Positions 54,313 to 63,455 of a stretch of 64,000 nucleotides of DNA are shown here, piece after piece (position 1 is the stretch's first letter; every line of letters starts with the position of its first letter). The notes beneath the pieces are model-generated. The model did no database searches and had not been told where the DNA came from. It saw nothing but the letters and a program-made list of their open reading frames with translations. This DNA comes from Poseidonia sp. (GTDB taxonomy: Archaea > Thermoplasmatota > Poseidoniia > Poseidoniales > Poseidoniaceae). Location of the stretch: the NCBI GenBank assembly GCA_049412325.1, contig JBMSEL010000005.1:2244-66243 (forward strand), read 5' to 3'. A program made the translations under genes and the position numbers.

Positions 54313-54322
54313 GATTGAGGTT

Positions 54323-54336
54323 GAAAAACGGAAAAG
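54323..54336 (-). terminator. oligo-T tract (CTTTTCCGTTTTTC) downstream of tRNA-Thr
   Basis: Archaeal terminators are typically T-runs. This tract lies 36 nt after the tRNA 3' end. Confidence 0.4.
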
Positions 54337-54371
54337 TTGCACGTTCAATGAGGTGCTGTCGGTTGGGAGGA

Positions 54372-54446
54372 TGGAGCCACCGGCGAGATTTGAACTCGCG
54401 ACCTCCTCATTACCAATGAGGTGCTATACCCCTAAGCCACGGTGGC
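54372..54446 (-). tRNA. tRNA-Thr (anticodon GGU), CCA encoded
   Basis: Hand-folded cloverleaf. Acceptor GCCACCG/CGGTGGC, anticodon arm CCTCA-TTGGTAA-TGAGG, T arm GCGAG-TTCAAAT-CTCGC, discriminator T plus CCA. 75 nt. Confidence 0.9.
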
Positions 54447-54471
54447 AGTGGTCCGCCCACCGGCCAAATGG

Positions 54472-54478
54472 ATATAAT
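54472..54478 (-). promoter_or_regulatory. TATA box (ATTATAT) 25 nt upstream of tRNA-Thr
   Basis: The minus strand reads GCGATTATATCC followed by 25 nt and then the tRNA 5' G. Confidence 0.55.
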
Positions 54479-54496
54479 CGCTTCGTGGAACGGGAA

Positions 54497-56032
54497 TCAC
54501 GGAAGTGCCCTAAACACCTTCCAACTCCCTGCATTTGTGCCCCCACTCAGCGTGAAAGGTACTGGTTGTTCCTCCACCATGACCCATCCCTCGCCGGGTG
54601 TGTATGATGCACCAGGGGCGACGAGCATCAAGCCAGCGCATTGAGGGTGTGAATCCAAGAAGTCATCCACGAGATTTGCACTTCGCCAATAACCGTCAAT
54701 CGCCTCGTCGCCTGTGAGGTCAACGTTCGATTTGATGACGTACAGGTGATGCATTGCGAGGGTTTCAGGAGCAACCATCACGAAACAGTCTTCCTCCTCT
54801 TCCATGGAATCAGCCAGCCACGCACCTGCGTCATCCGACCACAATTGCTGTCCGAAAAAGGAAACAAACAGCGACAAAGGTAACAACACCAGCACACCCC
54901 AATTCACTCGAACGCTCTCTTGGCGAGTGCCAACATGAACTTCTTGGCTCACCGGCCACGACAAGAGAAACACCAACGGAAGCAAGACAACGGTGGCATA
55001 CCTTCCATTGTTTCCGAGCACCAGCATGGTTTCGATCAGCGACCGACCCCAAAGCCCAGATTCAAGAGTCCATAGCGCACCGATGTAGGCGACGACACCA
55101 GCCAACAACGCCGCAACGTACGAGGCCAGCATGGTTGGACCAGGGCCGCGAAGGGCCGCCAGCGATGACCATCGAGTCGAAACCAACGGCCAGAGAACAA
55201 AACCAACCAAGAGAAACAGAACAGTGGAGTGAATCAGCGCCAGCAGTGTTGCGGCGGCGAAGACCACGGGCTGTTGTGCAATGATACCAAACGTGCCCGC
55301 TTTTGAGGTCAAACCCATGACCATCACGCCAATGAGGACGGCCATGCCACTCGCTGCCGCCATGATCCAAGGGTGTCGTAACCAATCACCGAAGGAACCC
55401 GTCGACCGCTCTTCCAACAGAACCCATCCAACACCCAAAGCGACGGTGATCAGAAAAGCACCGATACCCATCACCGGACTGAAGCCTTTCCATCCCAACA
55501 AAAGCAACACCGAAGTGGCCATCAGAATGACATGCAAAAGGCGTTGAGAGCGTTGCCCCCCATCGTTGAACCAGAAGCCCAATGCACCAAGACCTCCCAG
55601 CAATGCTAACATTCCCTCATCGTAGCCACGTGCAGAGACAAAAAGGAACACTGGACTCAACAGAATCAGGGTTGGTCGAATGGGGTCAAAACGATGAGAA
55701 CGGGAGCCCCAACCTGGCGAAACACCAGCCAGGCCTGCCACAGCGAACACACCGACGAAGGCCGTTATTTTGGCTGCGTATTCAGATTCAAACCAAGGTG
55801 CGATGTACCCGTCATACGCATGCTCATGGCTGGGTGATTGGTCAGAGCTGTTGCTGATTCGAAGTTTGCCCCACGCCAAATCTTGCCCATCATGCTGATC
55901 GTCCATCGCAGCATTGAGGCGAACATGAGCATCAAGACCGAGGTCGCTGTTGGTCATGGCCAGGACGTGAAGGAGAATCCCAACCGCCATGAGCGCATAC
56001 CAGCGCCGCCGCGTGCCATGGTCGTCGTCCAC
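54497..56032 (-). CDS. polytopic membrane protein, possibly GT-C-type glycosyltransferase (function uncertain)
   Basis: About 12 TM helices followed by a ~110-aa soluble C-terminal domain. GTG start at 56032, with an alternative ATG 14 codons downstream. The architecture resembles ArnT/PMT-like enzymes, but no catalytic motif was verified. Confidence 0.6.
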   Translation of the reverse strand: MDDDHGTRRRWYALMAVGILLHVLAMTNSDLGLDAHVRLNAAMDDQHDGQDLAWGKLRISNSSDQSPSHEHAYDGYIAPWFESEYAAKITAFVGVFAVAGLAGVSPGWGSRSHRFDPIRPTLILLSPVFLFVSARGYDEGMLALLGGLGALGFWFNDGGQRSQRLLHVILMATSVLLLLGWKGFSPVMGIGAFLITVALGVGWVLLEERSTGSFGDWLRHPWIMAAASGMAVLIGVMVMGLTSKAGTFGIIAQQPVVFAAATLLALIHSTVLFLLVGFVLWPLVSTRWSSLAALRGPGPTMLASYVAALLAGVVAYIGALWTLESGLWGRSLIETMLVLGNNGRYATVVLLPLVFLLSWPVSQEVHVGTRQESVRVNWGVLVLLPLSLFVSFFGQQLWSDDAGAWLADSMEEEEDCFVMVAPETLAMHHLYVIKSNVDLTGDEAIDGYWRSANLVDDFLDSHPQCAGLMLVAPGASYTPGEGWVMVEEQPVPFTLSGGTNAGSWKVFRALP

Positions 56033-56082
56033 GTCGGTGGCTGTGTTGACTCAATCATGGACGTTGTGGTCGTGAGAAGGAG

Positions 56083-56169
56083 TGGCGCCGAGAGAGAGAT
56101 TTGAACTCCCGAGGGAACGGGCCCACGCGATTTCCAGTCGCGCGCACTACCAGGCTATGCGATCTCGGC
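56083..56169 (-). tRNA. tRNA-Ser (anticodon GGA), long variable arm, CCA encoded
   Basis: Hand-folded. Acceptor GCCGAGA/TCTCGGC, D arm GCAT/GTGC, anticodon arm CGCGA-CTGGAAA-TCGCG, 15-nt variable arm, T arm GGGAG-TTCAAAT-CTCTC, G plus CCA. 87 nt. Confidence 0.9.
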
Positions 56170-56276
56170 TCTGCCCCCTGCGACCCCCCTTTCTCGTTTA
56201 ACCATCACCCTCTGAAACGAAGCCTGCCTGTATGCGAGGCGAAAGGACTCAAAGGGGCGGCCTCTAGCCTTGTACC

Positions 56277-57410
56277 ATGGCCGAGGGGGCGGGTGCTGAG
56301 GGAGTCGCCGAAGTCCCAGTGACCACCCTTCCGTTTCGCATGGCAGACATGACGCTCCAAGCACCGATTCCAGATCATCTTCCGATGGCAGATGCGATCA
56401 ACACGATGAGAAAAGAATGGGTATTTCACTGGAAATTACTCAGGGAAGAATGGACCAAAAACCACTACATCACCGTCGCTTTTGGATGCATGGCTCTTCT
56501 GTTGGGTTCCATATCAACCGACCTCTGGAATGGAGGAGATGCAATGATAGCAGGTGTTGACGGCATCCTTGCCATCGACGGTTTTCAATTCTTCCAAATG
56601 CTGATTTCGTTGATCTGTTGGGGATGGTTCGCATATCAAGCGTGGATGTTGTTTCCGATTATGCGAATTCACGCCATATCATTGCTGGTGATGTGGAACG
56701 GTATGATGTGGGCGCAAATTTTCTTCTATCGCACCAACCCAAGATTCCCGCTCGGGCTCGATTTGGCCAACATGATGGAGGGCACCCTGATCTTGCTCGT
56801 TGTGTTTTTCTTCCTGTTTTTCTTCTGGAAGGCCGTGGTTGAAACTCGCGATCTGCACGTCGAAGTCAACCATCTACACGAGGATGTTCGTGTCATGGAA
56901 GAAGCGCTTTCGGAACATTCTCTTCGAGGTTGGACCGCCATGCTGGGCATCTGGGTATTCCTCATCATCTTCTCGTCATGGGCCGGTCTTCGACATGTGG
57001 CAACCTACGGCGACAACAGCATCGGCTTTCTGGTCCTCCATCTCATCACTGGGCTTCCAGCCATTCCTCTCTTCATTTTTGTCCTTTGGTATCCCCAACG
57101 GATGTTAGGCAATCAAGCCAGTGTCCGCACGCGAGCCGCCGTTGATGCAACGCTCGAAATGTTAGGGGATACTGAAGTGCGCCCGAAGATCGGTGCGGCG
57201 TGTCCTGAATGCGATGCACCATCTCAACTTTCGTTGAACAACACGGGCGAGTTAACACACCCGTGTCATTCGCCGGGGTGTGGTGCAAGCGTGGTGGTGG
57301 GGAGCTCTTGCGCCGCCTGTGCGACGCCCATGCCGAGTCGAATCGCATGTTCCTCTTGCGGTGTGAATGCACCCGCTCTGGATTACATGCCAGACCAGGA
57401 AGCGTGGTAA
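56277..57410 (+). CDS. membrane protein (about 7 TM) with C-terminal double zinc-ribbon
   Basis: TM-rich core. C-terminus CPECDAPSQ...HPCHSPGCG and CAACATPMPSRIACSSCG. Its stop is 1 nt before the next ATG. Confidence 0.6.
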   Translation: MAEGAGAEGVAEVPVTTLPFRMADMTLQAPIPDHLPMADAINTMRKEWVFHWKLLREEWTKNHYITVAFGCMALLLGSISTDLWNGGDAMIAGVDGILAIDGFQFFQMLISLICWGWFAYQAWMLFPIMRIHAISLLVMWNGMMWAQIFFYRTNPRFPLGLDLANMMEGTLILLVVFFFLFFFWKAVVETRDLHVEVNHLHEDVRVMEEALSEHSLRGWTAMLGIWVFLIIFSSWAGLRHVATYGDNSIGFLVLHLITGLPAIPLFIFVLWYPQRMLGNQASVRTRAAVDATLEMLGDTEVRPKIGAACPECDAPSQLSLNNTGELTHPCHSPGCGASVVVGSSCAACATPMPSRIACSSCGVNAPALDYMPDQEAW

Positions 57411-57411
57411 A

Positions 57412-58626
57412 ATGTTCAGCCAATACCGTGATGATTTTCCGACACTCAATGTCGAACAGCCACCTGCCTACCTCGACAACGCCTGCGTGACATTGAAGCC
57501 ACAATCCGTGATTGATACCATCCATCGATATTACACCGAAACACCTGGTTGTGGTGGGAGGTCTGTTCATCGATATGGTACGGCTGTGTCCAAATCTGTG
57601 GCTGATGCCAGGAACAAGTTGGGGCGTTTTCTCAACGCTGCATCACCCAATGAAATCGTGTTCACACGAAATGCAACCCATTCCATCAACCAAATCGCTC
57701 ACGGGCTTTCTTGGCAGAAGGGTGATATTGTCTTAACAACGGACAGAGAACACAATTCAAACCTCGTTCCTTGGTTGCAACTGGAGCAGGAGCAAGGTAT
57801 TGACCACCGTGTTGTGGCCAGTCACCCTGACAACACCTTCGATTTGGAAGCTTTTGAGGCCGCATGTGCCGAAGCGGGAAAGAACCTCAAAATGGTCGCC
57901 ATGAGCCACGTCGGGAATTTAGACGGGATTGAAATTCCTATTGCAGAGATCACCAAAATCACCCACGACCACGGGGCACTCATAGCGGTTGACGGTGCTC
58001 AATCAACGCCTCATATGAATGTCGATGTGCAATCGCTGGACATCGATTTCCTGTCCTTTTCCATCCACAAAATGTGTGGCCCATCGGGCATGGGAGGCTT
58101 GTGGGGCCGATACGAACTTCTCGAGAACTTACGGACGATTCAATCCGGTGGACAAACCGTTCAATCCTCGACGTACACGGAAGCGACCTGGGCAGCACCA
58201 CCTGCGAGATTTGAAGGTGGGCTTGGGAATTTCTCAGGCATGATGGCCACGGGGGCCGCTATTGATTACTTGTCACAACTTGATATGAATGCTGTCCACG
58301 AGCATGAAGTCGCCTTGAATCGTATCATGACCCAAGGTGTCAAAGATTTGCCAGGCCTCTCCATCATCGGACCAGAGGATGCATCAAAGCGTGGCGGCAT
58401 ATGCTCCATTCTCATGGATAACCTACCGGCTCACGATGTCGCCTTGTTGCTGGATGAGGCTGCAGGCGTGATGGTACGGAGCGGTCAGCACTGTGTTCAT
58501 TCGTGGTTCGCAGATCGTGGCCATCCGCAAGGCTCACTGAGAGCATCGGCGTACCTCTACAACAACGAGGAAGACGTTCGAAGGTTCGTTGATACACTGA
58601 ATGAAATAGTTCACACCCTTGGTTGA
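57412..58626 (+). CDS. sufS: class V aminotransferase / cysteine desulfurase (SufS/CsdA-like)
   Basis: Start set at ATG 57412 (MFSQYRDDFPTL...YLDNA). PLP lysine FSIHKMCGPSGMGGLWG, and the RSGQHCVHS active-site Cys loop. Confidence 0.85.
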   Translation: MFSQYRDDFPTLNVEQPPAYLDNACVTLKPQSVIDTIHRYYTETPGCGGRSVHRYGTAVSKSVADARNKLGRFLNAASPNEIVFTRNATHSINQIAHGLSWQKGDIVLTTDREHNSNLVPWLQLEQEQGIDHRVVASHPDNTFDLEAFEAACAEAGKNLKMVAMSHVGNLDGIEIPIAEITKITHDHGALIAVDGAQSTPHMNVDVQSLDIDFLSFSIHKMCGPSGMGGLWGRYELLENLRTIQSGGQTVQSSTYTEATWAAPPARFEGGLGNFSGMMATGAAIDYLSQLDMNAVHEHEVALNRIMTQGVKDLPGLSIIGPEDASKRGGICSILMDNLPAHDVALLLDEAAGVMVRSGQHCVHSWFADRGHPQGSLRASAYLYNNEEDVRRFVDTLNEIVHTLG

Positions 58627-58733
58627 TTCGCATGGAACCGCATGACGCGCTCGACGATGCCATCGAGGAGCGAGTGCAATTTTGGTCCACGCCCCCACCC
58701 TATCAGGCTGAAATAAATCATGAGGGGTCCGAC

Positions 58734-59807
58734 ATGCGGGCCATCAAACTCGTGGTCAGCCTGACCCTTGGCATCACCCTCGTGCTCGCAGCAGGCTACC
58801 TCGGGGCGGTGGTCATGAGCGACGGCGCCATCTTGCTACGGCCGAGCGAGGTTGCTCTCCAACGCCATGCCACTTACCACCAACTGATTCAACCGGCACC
58901 TGAGTCCATGACAGGCAACGGCGTGGTGGCTTGTATCGTCGATTCAGGGATTGCGATGGATCATTCCGATTTTGAAGGTGTCAACCTCGTGGGATGGAAG
59001 GATTTCATCAACGGAAACAGCGACCCCTACGACGACCACGGGCACGGCACGTCCATGGCCGGCCTGTTGGTCGCGAATGGCTGGCTCAAGGGTGTTGCAA
59101 AACAAGTGGACCTGTTGGTTGCGAAAGCCCTCGGATCCGATGGAAGTGGCAGTGACACCATCGTCGCCGACGCTGTCGATTGGTGTGTTGAAAACGGAGC
59201 GCATGTGATTTCCCTCTCCTTGGGTGGGGCGCCGAATATTCTCCCGTTCTCCATTGGGTCGGGCCGAACATCCGGAGATGCTGCCAGCGATGCTATCGAT
59301 GCTGGTGTGTATGTCGTGGCCGCTGCAGGAAATGATGGAGAAGATGATGACGGTGATGTTGCACATCCCTCAAGCGAAGCAGGCGTCATTTCCGTAGGCG
59401 GCGTGACCATCAAGGGCACCCATTGGTCCGGTTCTTCAAAGGGCGATAACAATGGCCGCCTCCTCCCGCCTCCCATCCTGATGCCGAGGGGGGACCCGAA
59501 CAAAAAGCCCGAAATCGTGGCACCTGCAGAAGGCGTTCCCGTTCTCACAAAGGACGGTGGATGGGGCATTGCTGATGGCACGAGCGCAGCCACAGTCTAT
59601 GTCACGGGCGCCCTGTGCCTCCTCCTTGAACAGAAGCCAGACTTGAAGGCAGACGCATCAACGAACGGTGCCGATACCGTCGATACGGTGAAGCGTTGGC
59701 TCATGGAGAGTGCTGTGCCAGAAGAAGGGCAAACCTCCCACGACGATTACTATGGCTACGGGTTGCTCAATGTTAACGGGCTGATCGAACTCGCCACTCA
59801 GGCGTGA
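58734..59807 (+). CDS. subtilisin-like serine protease (S8), membrane-anchored/secreted
   Basis: Start proposed at ATG 58734 (MRAIKLVVSLTLGITLVLAAG); the track start is 58623. Catalytic triad contexts VDSGIAMDH, HGHGTSMAG and ADGTSAATVYVTG. Confidence 0.85.
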   Translation: MRAIKLVVSLTLGITLVLAAGYLGAVVMSDGAILLRPSEVALQRHATYHQLIQPAPESMTGNGVVACIVDSGIAMDHSDFEGVNLVGWKDFINGNSDPYDDHGHGTSMAGLLVANGWLKGVAKQVDLLVAKALGSDGSGSDTIVADAVDWCVENGAHVISLSLGGAPNILPFSIGSGRTSGDAASDAIDAGVYVVAAAGNDGEDDDGDVAHPSSEAGVISVGGVTIKGTHWSGSSKGDNNGRLLPPPILMPRGDPNKKPEIVAPAEGVPVLTKDGGWGIADGTSAATVYVTGALCLLLEQKPDLKADASTNGADTVDTVKRWLMESAVPEEGQTSHDDYYGYGLLNVNGLIELATQA

Positions 59808-60556
59808 GGAAGCCAAGCCACGAGCGTCCCGCCGAAGAGCGGCATGAATGCAAGGTGATGGGTCGATTGTGTTTCACCGATGAGCTCAATCCAGCGATTG
59901 AAGCCATCCACCATCGCCATCCCATCAACATCGTCTTCTGCAACCTCACCCACTGGCATGTCCGGCTCAACGGTGAAGAGGACGCCGTTATCATTGAGCA
60001 AGGAGAGGTAGGTCGCTACAAGACTCGCTCGAACGGGTGATGGCCCGTCGACCACAATCACATCGTACCCCGATTCAAACGGTGTTTGCGATAATTCTGC
60101 ACCGGTCGCCGAGGCCAAGGCCCATGCCTGGTGTTCAGCAGCGAGTTGTTCTGGCTCACCCACCACGACCGAAGCCCAAGGCAAAGCCTCGTAGCGTTGG
60201 AGAAGCCGCTGAAGGATGACGGCAAATTTGCCACCTTGTTCCACCAAGGTCAAGGCAGTCGGGACGCGCTCGTTTCGTTCGAACTCATCCAACAACCAAG
60301 CCGTGCGGTGTCCGATGCTGGCGCCAACCTCCAAGACCCGAGCAGGAGCGAGACGACCAACGGCATCCCGTAATCGACGAAGAACGGAGATGGACCAGGT
60401 GGAGAGACCCATGTGTTGGAGTTGTTCGTGGATGTTGGCGGCAATCAGCGGTTCGGCTTGGGGCTGATTCCCATCTTTGGAGAGGAGATAAGCGAGAACA
60501 TCACCCCGCTCGAGACCTTCCATCTCATCCGCCATGGGACCTCGTTCTCCACCCAC
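59798..60556 (-). CDS. class I SAM-dependent O-methyltransferase (family 3-like)
   Basis: SAM-binding VLEVGASIGHRTAWLL and acidic loop VIVVDG. 252 aa. Confidence 0.7.
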   Translation of the reverse strand: MGGERGPMADEMEGLERGDVLAYLLSKDGNQPQAEPLIAANIHEQLQHMGLSTWSISVLRRLRDAVGRLAPARVLEVGASIGHRTAWLLDEFERNERVPTALTLVEQGGKFAVILQRLLQRYEALPWASVVVGEPEQLAAEHQAWALASATGAELSQTPFESGYDVIVVDGPSPVRASLVATYLSLLNDNGVLFTVEPDMPVGEVAEDDVDGMAMVDGFNRWIELIGETQSTHHLAFMPLFGGTLVAWLPHA

Positions 60557-60632
60557 AACATCAAGCCTTGCACGGGAACCAAGTCGGAGGGTTCAAACGA
60601 AGTGGGTTCAGCGCAAACAACGAGGGAAGCCC

Positions 60633-61403
60633 ATGGATGAGGATGACGAGTGGGAAGAAGAGGAGATCCTCGACAATGCCACACACTGTTCCTCGTGTGA
60701 AGAGATGACGGCTCACGAGATTCTTCACGAGAAAAAAGTCGGCGACGGCGCGGATTTCAAGGTGAAATGCACCGAATGTGAACACGTGCACACCATCGTT
60801 TTTCGGCCGCCTCCCCCGACCAACATCCCGTTCATCCTCACAGATGGACCGCAATCCAACCGCGTGGTGTTGGTGGTGGATGCCGATGAGGAATTCGTGA
60901 TCGGTGATGTATTTGAGGAGGAGGAAATGCTTTGGCGCATCCACCAAATTGAACTCCGTTCTGGACAGCACACCTCGGCGGAAACAGCCGCCAACATCGC
61001 TCGCATCACCGCCCTCCGAACCGATATGGTGCGGGTGAAATTAACCCTGACACGAGGCGAAGACTCGACAGCAGATGTTTTGGTCGTTCCTCAAGAGACG
61101 ACCTTCACCGGCTCCCACCTGATGGAACACAACGGAGAAACATGGCGAATCCGTGCCATTCACACCGGCTCCGGTCGAACGATGCGAGGTACCGTCAAAG
61201 CCCCCGACATCAAGCGAATGTATCTGCATGAACCACCCAAAGGTGAACACTTTGCTCCTCGTACACCGCGTGAACGCCGGCAGGCCTGGAAAGAAGGGCG
61301 CTTGGGCTTCAATCCCAATCCCGAACGACCGAAAGAGCACGTCAAGAAAGGCGTGAATCCTAATGCCAACCGAGGTCGTTCGAACAAGAAGAAACGTAAC
61401 TGA
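60633..61403 (+). CDS. zinc-ribbon protein with acidic N-terminus and basic tail (haloarchaeal HVO_0476-type zinc finger-like)
   Basis: Start set at ATG 60633 (MDEDDEWEEEE). CSSCEE...x21...CTECEH ribbon, and a C-terminal RGRSNKKKRN tail. Confidence 0.65.
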   Translation: MDEDDEWEEEEILDNATHCSSCEEMTAHEILHEKKVGDGADFKVKCTECEHVHTIVFRPPPPTNIPFILTDGPQSNRVVLVVDADEEFVIGDVFEEEEMLWRIHQIELRSGQHTSAETAANIARITALRTDMVRVKLTLTRGEDSTADVLVVPQETTFTGSHLMEHNGETWRIRAIHTGSGRTMRGTVKAPDIKRMYLHEPPKGEHFAPRTPRERRQAWKEGRLGFNPNPERPKEHVKKGVNPNANRGRSNKKKRN

Positions 61404-62381
61404 TCACGGTCGGTTCGTCCAAGGAAGCAAGAAAGCCTTGGCCACTTGGGTACCGATCGTTGGATTCTCTTTGAGCCTGCGGATGCTGTATTCGTACCAC
61501 TTTTCTCCGTAAGGGATGTACACACGCGTTCGGTGGCCATCACTCAACAAACGACGACGAAGCGGCCCACGGACGCCGAGGAGCATTTGGAATTCATATC
61601 CCGGCCCCTTGTGATGGCGAGCCGGACCAGCATTGCCTCGTGGGTCTTCAATGCCAGGTCCCATGCCGTGAGAGGAAAGCGCTGAGAGAGCGTGGTCAAT
61701 CACGGGCTGGTCATGGCTTGCAATTCCAACGTACGCACCTGCGTCCAACATACGGTCAATGGCGGCATTGGTCGCGTCAACAATGTCCTTGTAACCTGTG
61801 AACGAGATGTCATCGGGCTCGAGGTAAATGCCCTTGCAGATTCTGTAATCTGCGTCCGGACCGAGCGTGGTCTCCAAAGCATCAATGTCGCTCAGCGTAC
61901 GAAACAATCGTCCTTGTAAAACAGTCCCAACATTGGTGAGCCCTTCTTTGTGCAAGGCAACAACCACATCGATGGTATCGGTGGTGACCCGATGGTCTTC
62001 CATATCCAGTCGAACAAACATATCCTCTTCTGCAGCCATTTGGACGAGGCGTCGAATGTTGGCCATGCCTTGGTCAGGGTCAATGAGCAAACCGAAGGCC
62101 GTCGGTTTGATGCTCAAGTTAGCATCGAGTTGATGGGTTTTGATGGACTCCATCACCCTGATGTATTCTTCAAGGAAAAATTGTGCCTCGTCCATAGAGG
62201 AAATTTCCTCGCCGAGGACGTCGATGGTGAAACAGGCACCTTCGTGGCTCAGTCGCTTCATAACCGCCACTGCATCGTCGAGGCTGGCGCCTGCTACATA
62301 GCGACGGCTGACCCAGCGGACGAACCACTTTGGCATCCGGACAGTGGTTGCAACCACCATCTTGGAGAACCAGCCCACCAT
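61404..62381 (-). CDS. proline dehydrogenase
   Basis: FVRLDMEDH, GTVLQGRL, YEFQMLLGV, and VYIPYGEKWYEYSIRRLKENP. Confidence 0.85.
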   Translation of the reverse strand: MVGWFSKMVVATTVRMPKWFVRWVSRRYVAGASLDDAVAVMKRLSHEGACFTIDVLGEEISSMDEAQFFLEEYIRVMESIKTHQLDANLSIKPTAFGLLIDPDQGMANIRRLVQMAAEEDMFVRLDMEDHRVTTDTIDVVVALHKEGLTNVGTVLQGRLFRTLSDIDALETTLGPDADYRICKGIYLEPDDISFTGYKDIVDATNAAIDRMLDAGAYVGIASHDQPVIDHALSALSSHGMGPGIEDPRGNAGPARHHKGPGYEFQMLLGVRGPLRRRLLSDGHRTRVYIPYGEKWYEYSIRRLKENPTIGTQVAKAFLLPWTNRP

Positions 62382-62426
62382 GTTAAGCGGACAACGGAGG
62401 CGCTCTTTGACCCTTTGTGCTGAGCG

Positions 62427-63380
62427 CTATGCTTGACCGATACGTTGTTTGATTTGGTGCGATGTGAGAAGCGGTATCCCTTCGGATTCAAGGTACGCTC
62501 GTATGGCTTGCCGTTGCCATCCTTTGAACGCTTTTTTGTCCATGGAGCACACGATATCGCCTCCGGGAAACGAGGTGCGTGTCGCCTCAAGACCTGCGCT
62601 GATCGATTGCTGCCATGTGCCTCGAACTTCTCCATTTTCTGCCAGCTCGAACGGAAGAGCATAGGTCGCCAACATGTGGCCGAGCCAGACACCTTCAAGT
62701 GCAGCCAATTGATTCGCCCGAGGTGCATAATGACCACCACCGAGGGTTACAAGCACAAGTTGGCCCTGGTGTTTGGCGGGAAGCCATGCATCGTCTTCTG
62801 GACCCAAAAGGCCAGTTTGCATGATGGTGGCCAGTAAGTTTGCAGCCCCCTCATGCCCCCATGTTGCTTCGGTTGAACCGACCTCAATGAACATGCACGG
62901 TACGCCAACGGTGGGTCCATGGTGCGTCACTTCAAGGGAGAGGTCAAACCCTTCAACGCTCGGGTCAGACGGGGCCATCTCCAGTAGACGTTTCCACCAC
63001 GAAGCCAAACGGGTGGAAGGCGGCGGTGCCTGGCCACCATGGCCCCCATAAGGACCCAGTTCACCTGTCGGAAGATGAGGAACGCCGATGGGATGGAGGG
63101 TGAGTGAGGCTTGTCCACTCGCCGCTACATGGCGTGATGGGAAGATGATTTCTCGAACCCTCTCCCCAGTTTCATCTTCCCAGCGTTTATCGAGATGGTC
63201 CTCAAACAACAGGCCGTCAGGAAGATACACCATGCGGATGTCCTGGCAGGCATAGGTAGGGTGATGTTCGAAAGCCTTGATTTCAGTCCATGCATCCATT
63301 TGACGGAGAGCGTCTGCCTGATTGGTACTGGCGATGTCTTGTTGATTCACAGCCACGAGAATCACCGAGGCTGCGACCAT
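62427..63380 (-). CDS. dtdA: D-aminoacyl-tRNA deacylase, archaeal DTD2 type
   Basis: IIFPSRHVAASG, LSLEVTHHGPT, and MFIEVGSTEATW are characteristic DtdA/GEK1-type strings. Confidence 0.8.
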   Translation of the reverse strand: MVAASVILVAVNQQDIASTNQADALRQMDAWTEIKAFEHHPTYACQDIRMVYLPDGLLFEDHLDKRWEDETGERVREIIFPSRHVAASGQASLTLHPIGVPHLPTGELGPYGGHGGQAPPPSTRLASWWKRLLEMAPSDPSVEGFDLSLEVTHHGPTVGVPCMFIEVGSTEATWGHEGAANLLATIMQTGLLGPEDDAWLPAKHQGQLVLVTLGGGHYAPRANQLAALEGVWLGHMLATYALPFELAENGEVRGTWQQSISAGLEATRTSFPGGDIVCSMDKKAFKGWQRQAIRAYLESEGIPLLTSHQIKQRIGQA

Positions 63381-63455
63381 GACCGACGCTCAAAACCGAC
63401 CTATTTTGAGGTGACTCAGACGAGGATTGACATAGCAGTGTCTCGTGTTTTGGTC

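Noticed and set aside
54372-56169. tRNA-flanked segment as an integrated genomic island
   Set aside because: There is no integrase, no partial tRNA duplication (att-like direct repeat) and no obvious compositional break by eye. The arrangement is reported only as a curiosity.
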